Below, in pieces: positions 9,521 to 19,321 of a stretch of 64,000 nucleotides of DNA. The first letter of the stretch is position 1; every line of letters starts with the position of its first letter. The position numbers and the translations under genes were made by a program. Location of the stretch: positions 1,312,001 through 1,376,000 of the forward strand of contig CAVSIV010000006.1 of the NCBI GenBank assembly GCA_963728205.1. Direction: 5' to 3'. This DNA is from an uncultured Chloroflexia bacterium. Its GTDB lineage: Bacteria > Chloroflexota > Dehalococcoidia > UBA2979. The notes under the pieces are model-generated. The model saw only the letters and a program-made list of their open reading frames with translations, had not been told where the DNA came from and made no database searches.

Positions 9521-11320
9521 CTAGGTGTTCAGCCAGTAGTAGATGAGCTGCTCCGTCGGACCGCCGTATCCGCGCGTCTGGCGGATGCCGCGGACGCTCG
9601 GCTGGTACGTGTACCAGATGGTCGAGTGCGCGGGCATCGGCACGTAGTACATCTGCTCGTCGCTGATCTTCTGGATCTGCTTGATGTACCCCTGCCGCGT
9701 CGGCCCATCGAGCTCGGTCGCCTGCTTGTGCGTCAGGTCGGTGATCTTCGGGTCGCTGATCTTGCCGTGGTTCGCGGGGTCGTCCCCGAACATGCGGTTG
9801 AAGTAGGAGCCCGCTTCCGGGAACGGCGTCTCGATGCCGTAGGCGAGACCGTGGAAGTCACCACGGAAGGTGTGCGTGATGTACTTCGACGAGTAGTCCT
9901 GCGTCTCCGTCTGCGGCTGCAGGCCGACGTCCTTCAGCCAGTTGCCGGCGGCCTCGGCGTATGAGACCCAGACGCTGCCGTAGCCGTTGCCCGTGTACTG
10001 GTAGGTGAACGGCTGGCTCAGGTCGCCGCCGATCGCCGCGAGCAGCTTCTTCGCCTCCCCCGGGTCGTACTTGAAGAACTTCGATGACGGGCCCTGGTCG
10101 GCCGACTTCGGGTCGAGCCAGAACTTGGGGCCGAAGCCGGCCGGGATGATGTTGTTCCAGTCCATCGACTCGTCGAGGCCGGCGGCCGACAGCTCCTTCA
10201 CGGCCGACTCGAGCTCGAGCGTGCCGTCGCGGTCCATCGCCATCGACACCGCCTGGCGGTAGCGCGCGTCGCGCCACGGGGCCTTCGGGTCCATCGACTC
10301 GGGCGAGAAGTAGATGAAGAAGAGCAGGGCGGTGTTGATGCCGGACCACTGTAGCTTCGTGTTCTGCTGCTTCATCGTGAGGACGTCGTCGGCCTGCGGC
10401 GCGAAGAAGGTGAGGTTGCCGGCCTCGAACTGCGCCTTGCCGTTCGCGTACTCGGGGATGATGGGCTCCTCGATGCCGTCGAGGTACGGGAGGCCCTTCT
10501 CGAAGTACTCGGGGTGCTTCTTGTAGGACATCTTCGAGGAGACGACGTAGTTCGACAGGATCCACGGGCCGCTGCCGATCGGCGTCTTCGCCGGGTCGAA
10601 CCCGCCGTCCGCTTCCTTCGGCTGGATCCAGAGGATGTTGGCGTCGGCGAGGAACTCGAGGAACGTCGGCGACGGCGCGGGCAGCGTGAACTGCATCGTG
10701 TGGTCGTCGACGGCCTTCGCCGTCATCCCCTGCGGGACGAGCGACAGCGCGGGCGACTTGGGGTCCGTGAGCCGCTGCCACGAGAACATGACGTCCTCGG
10801 TCGTGACCTCGCGGCCGTTGACGGGAGCGACGTTCTGGAACTTCGCGCCCTGCTTGAGCTTCACGGTCCAGGTGATGCCGTCCGGGCTCTCGGCCGACTC
10901 CGCGAGGTCGGGGATCGGCTCCTGGCCGTACGGGTTCTTGTCCGGCTGCGCGTCGATGCGGTAGAGGCGGCTGTAGACGTGCGCGGCGACGCCCTTGGCC
11001 GAGTAGCTGAGGTTCGCGTACGGGTCGAGCGAGGTCGGGTCGATGGCGAGCAGGTAGCTGTACGTGCCGCCGGTCTTCGGTCCCTGCGCGGCGGCCGTCG
11101 CGGATGCGGCCGCGGTGGCGCCGCCGGCGGCGGACGTCGATGCGGCCGCGGCGGTGGCCGTCGGCGTGCCGTTGCTGCTCGAACCGCAGCCGATCAGCGC
11201 GGCGCCGGCGATGCCCGACCCGGCGAGCGCCGAGTACTTGAGCAGTGACCGACGGCCGACGCGTCGCCGTATGGCACCGCTCCAGTAGCCCCCGCCTCGC
11301 CCATCGCTTCCGATTCCCAC
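9521..11320 (-). CDS. Family 5 (peptide/nickel-type) ABC solute-binding lipoprotein with Tat signal, copy 1
   Basis: GRRSLLK twin-Arg, LIGC lipobox, DPTSLDP, PDLAESAE, PIGSGPW; start uncertain (11320 or 11380). Confidence 0.92.
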   Translation of the reverse strand: MGIGSDGRGGGYWSGAIRRRVGRRSLLKYSALAGSGIAGAALIGCGSSSNGTPTATAAAASTSAAGGATAAASATAAAQGPKTGGTYSYLLAIDPTSLDPYANLSYSAKGVAAHVYSRLYRIDAQPDKNPYGQEPIPDLAESAESPDGITWTVKLKQGAKFQNVAPVNGREVTTEDVMFSWQRLTDPKSPALSLVPQGMTAKAVDDHTMQFTLPAPSPTFLEFLADANILWIQPKEADGGFDPAKTPIGSGPWILSNYVVSSKMSYKKHPEYFEKGLPYLDGIEEPIIPEYANGKAQFEAGNLTFFAPQADDVLTMKQQNTKLQWSGINTALLFFIYFSPESMDPKAPWRDARYRQAVSMAMDRDGTLELESAVKELSAAGLDESMDWNNIIPAGFGPKFWLDPKSADQGPSSKFFKYDPGEAKKLLAAIGGDLSQPFTYQYTGNGYGSVWVSYAEAAGNWLKDVGLQPQTETQDYSSKYITHTFRGDFHGLAYGIETPFPEAGSYFNRMFGDDPANHGKISDPKITDLTHKQATELDGPTRQGYIKQIQKISDEQMYYVPMPAHSTIWYTYQPSVRGIRQTRGYGGPTEQLIYYWLNT

Positions 11321-11373
11321 AGTTCCCTCCGGAATCTGAGCGAGCGGTGGTGGGCGCGCGCGCTCGGTCGGCG

Positions 11374-11404
11374 CATTCATAATGTCGCCTGTGATTGGGG
11401 TCAA
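11374..11404 (-). promoter_or_regulatory. Conserved promoter/operator of SBP copy 1
   Basis: Minus strand TTGACC-17 bp-TATGAAT; 14-mer CGACATTATGAATG identical upstream of copy 2 at the same spacing. Confidence 0.6.
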
Positions 11405-11429
11405 CCGCCAGCACGGCTGCGCGGACAGC

Positions 11430-11481
11430 CGAACCGGCGCCGTTCGAAGCACGCCATGTGCCTCGAGCGGCGCCGGTTCGC
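11430..11481 (-). terminator. Long hairpin downstream of SBP copy 2
   Basis: GAACCGGCGCCG...CGGCGCCGGTTC inverted repeat with extended imperfect stem. Confidence 0.5.
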
Positions 11482-11507
11482 GGCGTTCCTGCCGTGATGC
11501 GGACTCG

Positions 11508-13290
11508 TTAGGTGTTGAGCCAGTAGTACAGCAGCTGCTCCGTCGGGCCGCCGTAGCCTCGGGTGGCCCGGATGCCGCGCACCTGCGGCTGGTATGCCGT
11601 CCATGCCGTGGAGTGCGCCGGCAACGGCACGTAGTACATCTGCTCATCGCTGATCTTCTGGATCTGCTTCATGTAGTCGGACCGCGTGTTCGGGTCCATC
11701 TCGACGGCCTGCTTCTTCGTCAGATCGTTGATCTTCGGGTCGTTGATCTTGCCGTGGTTGGCAGGGTCGTCGCCGAACTGGCGGTTGAAGTAGCTCCCGG
11801 CCTCGGGGAACGGCGTCTCGATGCCGTAGGCGATGCCGTGGAAGTCGCCGCGGAACGTGTGCGTGATGTACTTCGAGCTGTAGTCCTGCGTCTCCGTCTG
11901 CGGCTGCAGCCCGGCGTCCTTCATCCAGTTGCCGGCCGCCTCCGCGTAGTGCACCCAGACCGAACCGTAGCCGTTGCCCGTGTACTGGTAGGTGAACGGC
12001 TGGCTCGACGACGCACCGACGGCGTCGAACATCTTCTTCGCCTCGGCCGGGTCGAACTTGAAGAACTTCGCCGACGGGCCCTGCTCGGCCGACTTCGGGT
12101 CGAGCCAGAACTTCGAGCCGAACGACGACGGGATGATGTTGTTCCAGTCCATCGACTCGTCGAGACCGGCGGCCTTCAGCTCCTTGACGGCCGACTCGAG
12201 TTCGAGCGTGCCGTCGCGATCGACGGCCATCGACACGCCCTGGCGGAAGCGCGCGTCGCGCCAGGGGGCGTTCGGGTCCATCGCCTCGGGCGAGAAGTAG
12301 ATGAAGTAGAGCAGCGCCCCGTTGCTGCCGGACCACTGCAGGTTGGCGTCCTGCTTCTTCATCGTGAGGATGTCGTCGGCGGCCGGGACGAAGACGTTGA
12401 GGTTGCCGGCCTCGAACTGCGCCTTGCCGTTCGCGTACTCGGGGATGATCTGGCTCCTCGACGCCGTCGAGGTACGGGAGGCCCTTCTCGAAGTACTCGG
12501 GGTGCTTCTTGTAGGACATCTTCGAGGAGACGACGTAGTTCGAGAGGATCCAGGGCCCGGACCCGATCGGCGTTTTCGTGGGGTCGAACCCGCCGTCCGC
12601 CTCCTTCGGCTGGATCCAGAGGATGTTCGCGTCGGCGAGGAACTCGAGAAACGTCGGCGACGGTGCCGGCAGGGTGAACTGCATCGTGTGATCGTCGACG
12701 GCCTTCGCGGTGAGGCCCTTCGGGACGAGGGACAGCGCGGGTGACTTCGGGTCGGTGAGGCGCTGCCACGAGAACATGACGTCCTCGGTCGTGACCTCGC
12801 GGCCGCTGACCGGCGCGACGTTCTGGAACTTCGCGCCCTGCTTGAGCTTCACGGTCCAGGTGATGCCGTCCGGGCTCTCGGCCGACTCCGCGAGGTCGGG
12901 GATGGGCGACTGCTCATACGGGTTCTTGTCGGGCTGCGCGTCGATGCGATAGAGGCGACTGTAGACGTGCGCCGCGACGCCCTTGGCCGAGTAGCTGAGG
13001 TTGGCGTACGGGTCGAGCGAGGTCGGGTCGATGGCGAGCAGGTAGCTGTAGGTGCCGCCGGTCTTCGGGCCCTGCGCGGCGGGGGTCGACGTGGGGGCGG
13101 CGGTCGCGGAGCCCGCCGCCGTCGTTGGTACGGAAGCGGTTGTCGTAGGCGTGCCGTTGCTGCTCGAACCGCAGCCGATGAGGGCGGCGCCGGCGATGCC
13201 GGAGCCCGCGAGCGCGCTGTACCGCAGCAGCGAGCGCCGACCGATGCGACCGCGTGCGGCGCGGCTCCAGTACGAGCGTTGCCGGTCCAT
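11508..13290 (-). CDS. Family 5 ABC solute-binding Tat lipoprotein, copy 2, one-base frameshift at ~12450
   Basis: Highly similar to copy 1 along its length; extra base vs copy 1 at EEP/IIPEY splits it into two ORFs. Confidence 0.9.
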
Positions 13291-13368
13291 TCCGGTGGGT
13301 TCGGTGTTCAACAGGCCCCTCCAGGTCTCGGGGGCGAATCGTGAAGGTGGACGCCCCCGAATTGGCGG

Positions 13369-13399
13369 CATTCATAATGTCGTATGTAATGGGCGTCAA
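13369..13399 (-). promoter_or_regulatory. Conserved promoter/operator of SBP copy 2
   Basis: Minus strand TTGACG-17 bp-TATGAAT, same 14-mer as 11374-11387. Confidence 0.6.
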
Positions 13400-13426
13400 C
13401 CCGGCGGTGCGTGGGAGTAGCGCGCG

Positions 13427-14737
13427 CTACTCCCGCTGCGTGACGACGCCGGCCGCCACCAGCGCCGCGACCTCCGCGTCCGCGAGCCCGCACTCGCGGA
13501 GCACCTCCGCGGAGTGCTGGCCGAGCGCCGGCGCCGGGCGGGTGGCAACCACCGGCGTCACCGACATGCGCGCGAGCGGGCTCACGACGCGCTGGGGGCC
13601 GGTCACCGGGTGCTCGAGCGGCGTCATCATCCCCATCGCTCTGACCTGCTCGTCGTCGGACATCTCCTCGGCGAGGTGCACCGTCGATGCCGGCACGCCG
13701 GCCTCGACAAACGTCGATTCCCACTCCTCGGCCGGCCTGGCCATCAGCTTGCCCTGGATCTCGGCGCGCCAGCCCTCCACGAGGTCGTCCGCGCCGGGCG
13801 CGGCGGCGTCGAAGTCGGGCGAGTCCGTGTCGTCGTGCATGTCGAGGATGCGGCGGATCGTGTCGCGATTCTGCTGCGTGATCGCGCCGAGGATGAGCGC
13901 GCCCTGCTGCGTGTCGTAGCCGCGGTAGTAGAGGCGGTGCGACGTCAGCCGCGTGGTGCCGTCGCGCAGCGCGAGCATCTCGCGATAGGACTTTCCCTCC
14001 GCGCGCGCCGCCCGCATGCGGGCGAGCAGCGGGTCCCGCTGCGTGGCGTCGTGCACCGGCTCGCGCATCACCTTGTTCGACATCAGCTCGAGCGCGGTCT
14101 GCAGCAGCGACAGCCGGATCTCCTGGCCGCGGCCGGTGCGCGCGCGCTCGAACAGCGCGGCGCAGATCGCCATCGCGGCGGCGAAGGCGGTGCCCCGGTC
14201 GATGAACGGGGTCGCCTGCAGCCACAGTGGCGCGCCGTCGTCGTCGATCTTCCCCTCGGCGGCGATCATCCCCGAGTACGCCTGTGTCGCGATGTCCGAT
14301 CCCGCGCGCGTCGCGTACGGCCCGGCGTCGCCGAAGCCGGTGATGCTCGCCACGATGACGTCGGGCCGCACCGCGCGCAGCGACGCGTAGTCGATGCCGA
14401 GCCGCTCGGGCACGCCGGCGCGGTAGTTGCTGAGCACGACGTCGAAGTGCGGCGCCAGCCGGCGGACGAGGTCGCGCCCCTCGGGCCGCGCGAGGTCGAC
14501 GGTAAGCGAGCGCTTGCCGCGGTTCAGCGACTGGAAGTACTTGCCCTCGTTGGGCACGACGGCGCCGCTGTTGCGGCGGTCCTCGCCGCCGGGCGGCTCG
14601 ACCTTCACGACGTCCGCGCCGAGGTCCGAGAGGTGAATGCCTGCGACGGGCCCCGCGATGATCTGCGAGAACTCGAGGACGCGGATGCCGCGCAGCGGCC
14701 CGCCCGGGGCGTCGTTGGTGTCGTCGACGGAGGTCAT
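13427..14737 (-). CDS. CaiB/BaiF family III CoA-transferase
   Basis: PLRGIRVLEFSQIIAGP, LSDLGADVVKVEPP, LNRGKRSL, ITGFGDAGPYA. Confidence 0.94.
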   Translation of the reverse strand: MTSVDDTNDAPGGPLRGIRVLEFSQIIAGPVAGIHLSDLGADVVKVEPPGGEDRRNSGAVVPNEGKYFQSLNRGKRSLTVDLARPEGRDLVRRLAPHFDVVLSNYRAGVPERLGIDYASLRAVRPDVIVASITGFGDAGPYATRAGSDIATQAYSGMIAAEGKIDDDGAPLWLQATPFIDRGTAFAAAMAICAALFERARTGRGQEIRLSLLQTALELMSNKVMREPVHDATQRDPLLARMRAARAEGKSYREMLALRDGTTRLTSHRLYYRGYDTQQGALILGAITQQNRDTIRRILDMHDDTDSPDFDAAAPGADDLVEGWRAEIQGKLMARPAEEWESTFVEAGVPASTVHLAEEMSDDEQVRAMGMMTPLEHPVTGPQRVVSPLARMSVTPVVATRPAPALGQHSAEVLRECGLADAEVAALVAAGVVTQRE

Positions 14738-14803
14738 TGCCGCGTGCGCGGCACGCGCTCCGCGTGCGCGCCGTGCGGACGATGGCCCTCGCCGCCGTCT
14801 GGG

Positions 14804-15991
14804 TTATCCACGCGGCAGCCCGAGGCCCCGCGTCGCGATCACGTTCCGCTGCACCTCGGAGGTGCCGCCGCGGATCGTCGCGGGGACCGAGCGGATGTAC
14901 GCGTTCGTGTAGCCGCCGGCGGGCGTGCCGTCGTCCCACCGGTTCGCGGCGAGGCCGAACGCGCGCGTCGCGGTGAGCGCGAGACGCTGTCCGAGCTCCG
15001 AGGCGAACAACTTCGCCGTCGATGCCTCGTAGTTCGGGATCACGCCGCGGTTCTGCATCGAGATGATGCGCAGCGAGAAGTTGAACATCACCTCGGTCTC
15101 GACGTAGCGGTCGGCGATCGCACCGCGCGTCGCCGGCGGCGGGTTGCGGCGCTCGGCGCGCAGGTCGGCGATCAGGCCGTCGATGGTGCGCCGCGCGCCG
15201 ACGGCCGCGGAGATGTTCGAGCGCTCGAAGTCGAGCAGCGTCATCGCGACGTACCAGCCGCGGTTCTCGTCACCGACGAGATTGCGGGCAGGCACCCGGA
15301 CATCTTCGAAGAACGTCTCGTTGAAGTAGTGGTGCTCGCCCATGTCGATCAGCGGGCGGACGGAGAGGCCGGGCGCCTTGATGTCGTCGATCAGCAGGAA
15401 CGAGATGCCGCGGTGCTTCTCGGCGTCGGGGTCGGTGCGCACGAGCGCGAAGATGGCGTCGGCGGTGTGCGCGCCCGACGTCCAGATCTTCTGGCCGTTC
15501 ACGACGAAGTCGTCGCCGTCGCGCCGCGCTGAGGTCTGGAGCGAGGCGAGGTCGGAGCCCGAGCCGGGCTCGGAGTAGCCCTGCGCCCAGGCGACCTCGC
15601 CGCGCAGGATCGGCGGGAGGTACTGCGCCTTCTGCTCGTCGCTGCCGTGGACGATCAGCGTGGGGCCGAGCAGGCGCACGCCCGAGCCGCCCACGCCCGG
15701 GGCGCCGGCCGCGGCGAATTCCGCGTTGAGGATGAACTGCTCGTTGGGCGAGAGGCCGGCGCCGCCGTACTCGACGGGCCACTCCGGCGCGACCCAGCGG
15801 CGCTCCGTGAGCGCGGCCTGCCACGCGAGCGCGGCCTCGCGCGCGGCGGGGTCGTCCGACTTGCGGTCGAACTCCCACGCGCGCTCCTCGGGGCCCTCGC
15901 CGCGGCGGTAGCGGTCCGGCAGGCGCTCCTCGATCAGCGCGCGCACCTGCGCGCGGAACGCGGCCTGCTCCGGCGAGTCGTTCCAGTCCAT
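14804..15991 (-). CDS. Acyl-CoA dehydrogenase (FadE-type)
   Basis: [51 protein letters not shown]. Confidence 0.95.
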   Translation of the reverse strand: MDWNDSPEQAAFRAQVRALIEERLPDRYRRGEGPEERAWEFDRKSDDPAAREAALAWQAALTERRWVAPEWPVEYGGAGLSPNEQFILNAEFAAAGAPGVGGSGVRLLGPTLIVHGSDEQKAQYLPPILRGEVAWAQGYSEPGSGSDLASLQTSARRDGDDFVVNGQKIWTSGAHTADAIFALVRTDPDAEKHRGISFLLIDDIKAPGLSVRPLIDMGEHHYFNETFFEDVRVPARNLVGDENRGWYVAMTLLDFERSNISAAVGARRTIDGLIADLRAERRNPPPATRGAIADRYVETEVMFNFSLRIISMQNRGVIPNYEASTAKLFASELGQRLALTATRAFGLAANRWDDGTPAGGYTNAYIRSVPATIRGGTSEVQRNVIATRGLGLPRG

Positions 15992-16097
15992 GCGAGCACC
16001 TCCGTCGCGGCGCCCACTGTAATGGGTTCGATTCGAGGGGGCGTGCGGCGGCGTACGATGCGCGCCGCCCGGCGCTGACGACGAGGGGAGCATCGCG

Positions 16098-16886
16098 ATG
16101 CACGACGTGGACGGCCTGCGGTTCGAGCGCGACGGCGGCGTGGCGACGGTCACGTTCGACCGCCCGGAGAAGCTCAACGCGATCACCTTCGCGATGGTCG
16201 AGGGGATCACGGAGTTCGCGCAGGAGTGCGGCCGCGACGACGACGTGCGCGCGATCGTGATCACCGGCAGCGGGCGCGCCTTCTCGTCGGGCGACGACAT
16301 CGTCAGCGGCATGGGCGACCGCCCGGCGTTCCGCGGCATGAGCACCGACCGCGGCGCGCACTACCACCTCGTGCGGACGCTGCTCTCGGTGCCGAAGCCG
16401 GTGGTCGCCGCGCTCAACGGCCGCTGCCACGGCGCGGGCTGGGTGACGGCGCTGGCCAGCGATTTCCGCGTCGCGCGCTCCGACGTGCTGATTGGCGACA
16501 TCCGCTCGGAGAAGGCGATCTTCGCGAACCAGGGCGTGGGGCTGCTGCTGCCGCGGCTGATCGGCGCGTCGCGCGCGATGGACTTGCTGGTGACCGGCCG
16601 CGTGATCGACGCCGCCGAGGCGGAGCGCTACGGCATCCTCGTCCGCGTGTGGGAGCCCGACGCCTGGGAGCACGAGCTGGCGGCGTTCGTGGGCGCGCTC
16701 GCCGCCGGGCCGACGCGCACCTACGCGGCGTGGAAGGCGAGCGTGAACCGCGGGACGCTGATCGAGCTCGAGGCGTACACGGACCATGAGCGGATGCTGA
16801 ACCTGCAGCTCGCCGACTCAGAGGACCGCAAGGAGGGCGTGCAGGCATTCCGCGAGAAGCGCGCGCCGCACTTCAGCGGGCGGTAG
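16098..16886 (+). CDS. Enoyl-CoA hydratase/isomerase family protein
   Basis: DRPEKLNA, GRAFSSGDDI, PKPVVAALNG, EGVQAFREKR. Confidence 0.92.
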   Translation: MHDVDGLRFERDGGVATVTFDRPEKLNAITFAMVEGITEFAQECGRDDDVRAIVITGSGRAFSSGDDIVSGMGDRPAFRGMSTDRGAHYHLVRTLLSVPKPVVAALNGRCHGAGWVTALASDFRVARSDVLIGDIRSEKAIFANQGVGLLLPRLIGASRAMDLLVTGRVIDAAEAERYGILVRVWEPDAWEHELAAFVGALAAGPTRTYAAWKASVNRGTLIELEAYTDHERMLNLQLADSEDRKEGVQAFREKRAPHFSGR

Positions 16887-16924
16887 GCGCGGCGTCCCGC
16901 ATGCCGCGTGGCCTCGTCGCAACC

Positions 16925-17080
16925 GGCGGCAGACAGCCGCCGATGGGGGCGGCGCCGGTCGCCGGATTGGGCCAAGCGGCGGCAGACATGCCGCCGACGC
17001 GGGAGGCGGCGCCGGCCGACGAACGGCGGCGAACGGCGGCGTATCGCCGCCGGCACGTCGGCGGCGTGTCTGCCGCCGCT
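16925..17080. repeat. REP-like family A cluster (inverted doublet plus a third degenerate copy)
   Basis: AGCGGCGGCAGACATGCCGCCGAC 16975-16998, inverse 17057-17080, partial 16925-16943. Confidence 0.85.
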
Positions 17081-17100
17081 TGCGGCAAGGTCACGCGGCG

Positions 17101-17346
17101 TCAGGGCGTCGGCTGGCCAATCAGCGTTGTCGTGGAGCGGATGCCGGGGATCGCACGCAAGCGCGCGAAGACGAAGTCGTGCAGGTCCTGCAGCGACGCC
17201 GCGTGCACCTTCACCACCATGTCGTAGGCGCCCATCACGTGGTGCGCGTCGACGACGCCGGGCTCGTCGCGCAGCGCGGCCTCGACGCCGGCGAGCGCGC
17301 CGGGTTCGATCACGAGCAGCGAGAAGGCGGTCACCTCTGAGGCCAA
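17101..17346 (-). CDS. Lrp/AsnC ligand-binding domain-only protein
   Basis: HHVMGAYDMVVKV...LRAIPGIRSTTTLI. Confidence 0.85.
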   Translation of the reverse strand: MASEVTAFSLLVIEPGALAGVEAALRDEPGVVDAHHVMGAYDMVVKVHAASLQDLHDFVFARLRAIPGIRSTTTLIGQPTP

Positions 17347-17473
17347 CGTGCGTCTCCCAACCGCGCGGACCGGCGGCCGGGCGTGGGGCGCGCGACCTCC
17401 GACAATCTCGCCTGTTCGGCGCAGCAGGGCAAGCCCCGGGGGGCAGCGGCGCGCGGTCGCCGACGCGTCCGTG

Positions 17474-17887
17474 CTACGGCCGGTACTCCATCACCGATTC
17501 GTCCGGTGTGGCGAAGCCGAAGCGCGCGTAGAGCCCGTGCGCGTCGCGCGTGTGGAGGAGCCAGCGCTTGACGCGCGGCCCGCCCTCGATTGCCTCGCGG
17601 ACCAGGGCGACGCCCAGGCCGCGGCCGCGCGCTTCCGCGACGACGTAGACGTCGGCCAGGTAGGCGAACGTGGCGCCGTCCGAGACCACGCGGCAGAAGC
17701 CCACCTGCGCGCCGTCGCGGTACAGGCCGACGACACGCGTGGCCTCGCGCACCAGCCGCGCGACTTCGGCCCGACTGCGCCCGAGCGCCCAGTACGACTG
17801 CTCGGAGAGGAACGCCTGCACGGCGTCGACGTCGATGCGCGCGGGGTGGTCGTCGAGCGTGAACCCGTCCGGGAGGTCGCGTCGCAT
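17474..17887 (-). CDS. GNAT N-acetyltransferase
   Basis: YLADVYV...ARGRGLG, HTRDAHGLYARFGF. Confidence 0.92.
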   Translation of the reverse strand: MRRDLPDGFTLDDHPARIDVDAVQAFLSEQSYWALGRSRAEVARLVREATRVVGLYRDGAQVGFCRVVSDGATFAYLADVYVVAEARGRGLGVALVREAIEGGPRVKRWLLHTRDAHGLYARFGFATPDESVMEYRP

Positions 17888-18036
17888 CGGTTCACCTCCT
17901 GTCGGGGAGCGAGGCGGAACAGCCTAGCGCGGCCGGCCGCAGGTCCGCCCCTCCGGGCGACCGGGACGCGAAGAAGTCCATCGTGAGCGGGCCGCGCCGG
18001 GGCACTACCGTGCTCGGAGCGAGGAGGAGCCGGTCG

Positions 18037-18444
18037 ATGGCCGACCAGGACGACGTCCGCCGCATTGCGCTCGCGCTCCCCGAGACCGTCGAGGACGAGG
18101 ACCACTTCGGCTTCCACGTGCTGAGTCGCGGCAAGCGCAGGCAGTTCGCGTGGGCGTGGAACGAGCGCGTCGTGCCGAAGCGGCCGCGCGTGCCGCGGCC
18201 GGACGTCCTCGCGGTGCGCGTCGCGAGCCTCGCCGACAAGGACGCGCTCCTCGCCGTCGACCCCGACCGCTTCTTCACGGAGCCGCACTACAACGGGTTC
18301 CCCGCGGTGCTCGTGCGGCTCGCCATGGTCGAGCTCGACGAGCTCGAGGACCTGATCGTGGACGCGTGGCGCGTCCTCGCGCCGCGGGCGCTGGTGCGGG
18401 AGTTCGACGCCCGGGGAGAGGATGGGCGCGCGGCGCGGGCGTAA
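18037..18444 (+). CDS. MmcQ/YjbR family DNA-binding protein
   Basis: DVRRIALALPE...FFTEPHYNGFPAVLVRL...DAWR. Confidence 0.88.
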   Translation: MADQDDVRRIALALPETVEDEDHFGFHVLSRGKRRQFAWAWNERVVPKRPRVPRPDVLAVRVASLADKDALLAVDPDRFFTEPHYNGFPAVLVRLAMVELDELEDLIVDAWRVLAPRALVREFDARGEDGRAARA

Positions 18445-18478
18445 ACGGTGCCGCGGCGCACGGAGGGAGGAGAACGCC

Positions 18479-18775
18479 ATGGACGAGCGCACGGAGCTGG
18501 GCTCACTGCTCGACGCGCGGATCGCGGACGCGACGGTCGTGGAGGTGGTGCTCGCGCTCGCCACCGCGTCTGCGTTCTTCACACTCCTGTCGCAGCTGGG
18601 TGATCGACTGTTCTCGTTCATGGACGCACGCTACCCGACGTACTCGAACGCGTTCCTGCTGGCGGCGGTGGCCGCGTTCGTCGTGTGCGGCGGGCTGCTT
18701 GTCCTCGCGACGCGGCGGCGCTTGCGCATCGACCGCGACGCGGAGGTCGACGCCGCCCCGGACGGCGCGCGCTGA
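18479..18775 (+). CDS. Small two-TM membrane protein
   Basis: RBS then MDERTEL; two hydrophobic segments. Confidence 0.6.
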   Translation: MDERTELGSLLDARIADATVVEVVLALATASAFFTLLSQLGDRLFSFMDARYPTYSNAFLLAAVAAFVVCGGLLVLATRRRLRIDRDAEVDAAPDGAR

Positions 18776-18783
18776 CGCCCCCG

Positions 18784-19311
18784 ATGTCGATCACGTGCGC
18801 GGGATGCGGGGCGTTCCTGCCGCCCGGCGACTGGGTCATCGACCCGCGCGTCAACGCGTCGGGTGCGTGCCTGGAGCGGCGAGCGCGCGTGCTCGGGTTC
18901 GAGGCCGACCACATGGTCGCGGTCGGGCACCTGCACCAGCTGACGGTTGACGCGTACGGCGCGCAGCACGGGGGGCCGCGCGCACCGGCCATCGCGGTGC
19001 CGTTCGCGCTGATCGGGCTGCACCTGGCGCTCGACGCCGGCATGAGCGGCCTCGCGGTGCGCGGTGCGCACCAGCACCTCGCGCGGGGCGGCGGCCCGTG
19101 GCCGGCGTTCGTCGCGCCGGCGGCGCCCGCGTGGTCGACGGCGGCCGACGTGGCCGCGGCGACCGGCGTCGCGGCGTACGTTGCCGCGGTGCACGACTGG
19201 GCGGCGTCGGTGTGGGCGGCGTGGCGTCAGGAGCACGAGCGGGTGCGCGCGTGGGCGGAGGCGGAGCTTCCGCCCGAGGTGCGCGCGCGGATCGCGGGCG
19301 GCGCGGCGTGA
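18784..19311 (+). CDS. Conserved hypothetical protein (DUF5946-like)
   Basis: N-terminal CxxC, HQLTVDAYGAQH, FALIGLHL, WAASVWAAW. Confidence 0.75.
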   Translation: MSITCAGCGAFLPPGDWVIDPRVNASGACLERRARVLGFEADHMVAVGHLHQLTVDAYGAQHGGPRAPAIAVPFALIGLHLALDAGMSGLAVRGAHQHLARGGGPWPAFVAPAAPAWSTAADVAAATGVAAYVAAVHDWAASVWAAWRQEHERVRAWAEAELPPEVRARIAGGAA

Positions 19312-19321
19312 GGACGAACCG

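Noticed and set aside
9521-13290. SBP duplicate pair as DGR template/variable repeats for the RT
   Set aside because: Whole-gene paralogues with differences not confined to adenines, about 36 kb from the RT
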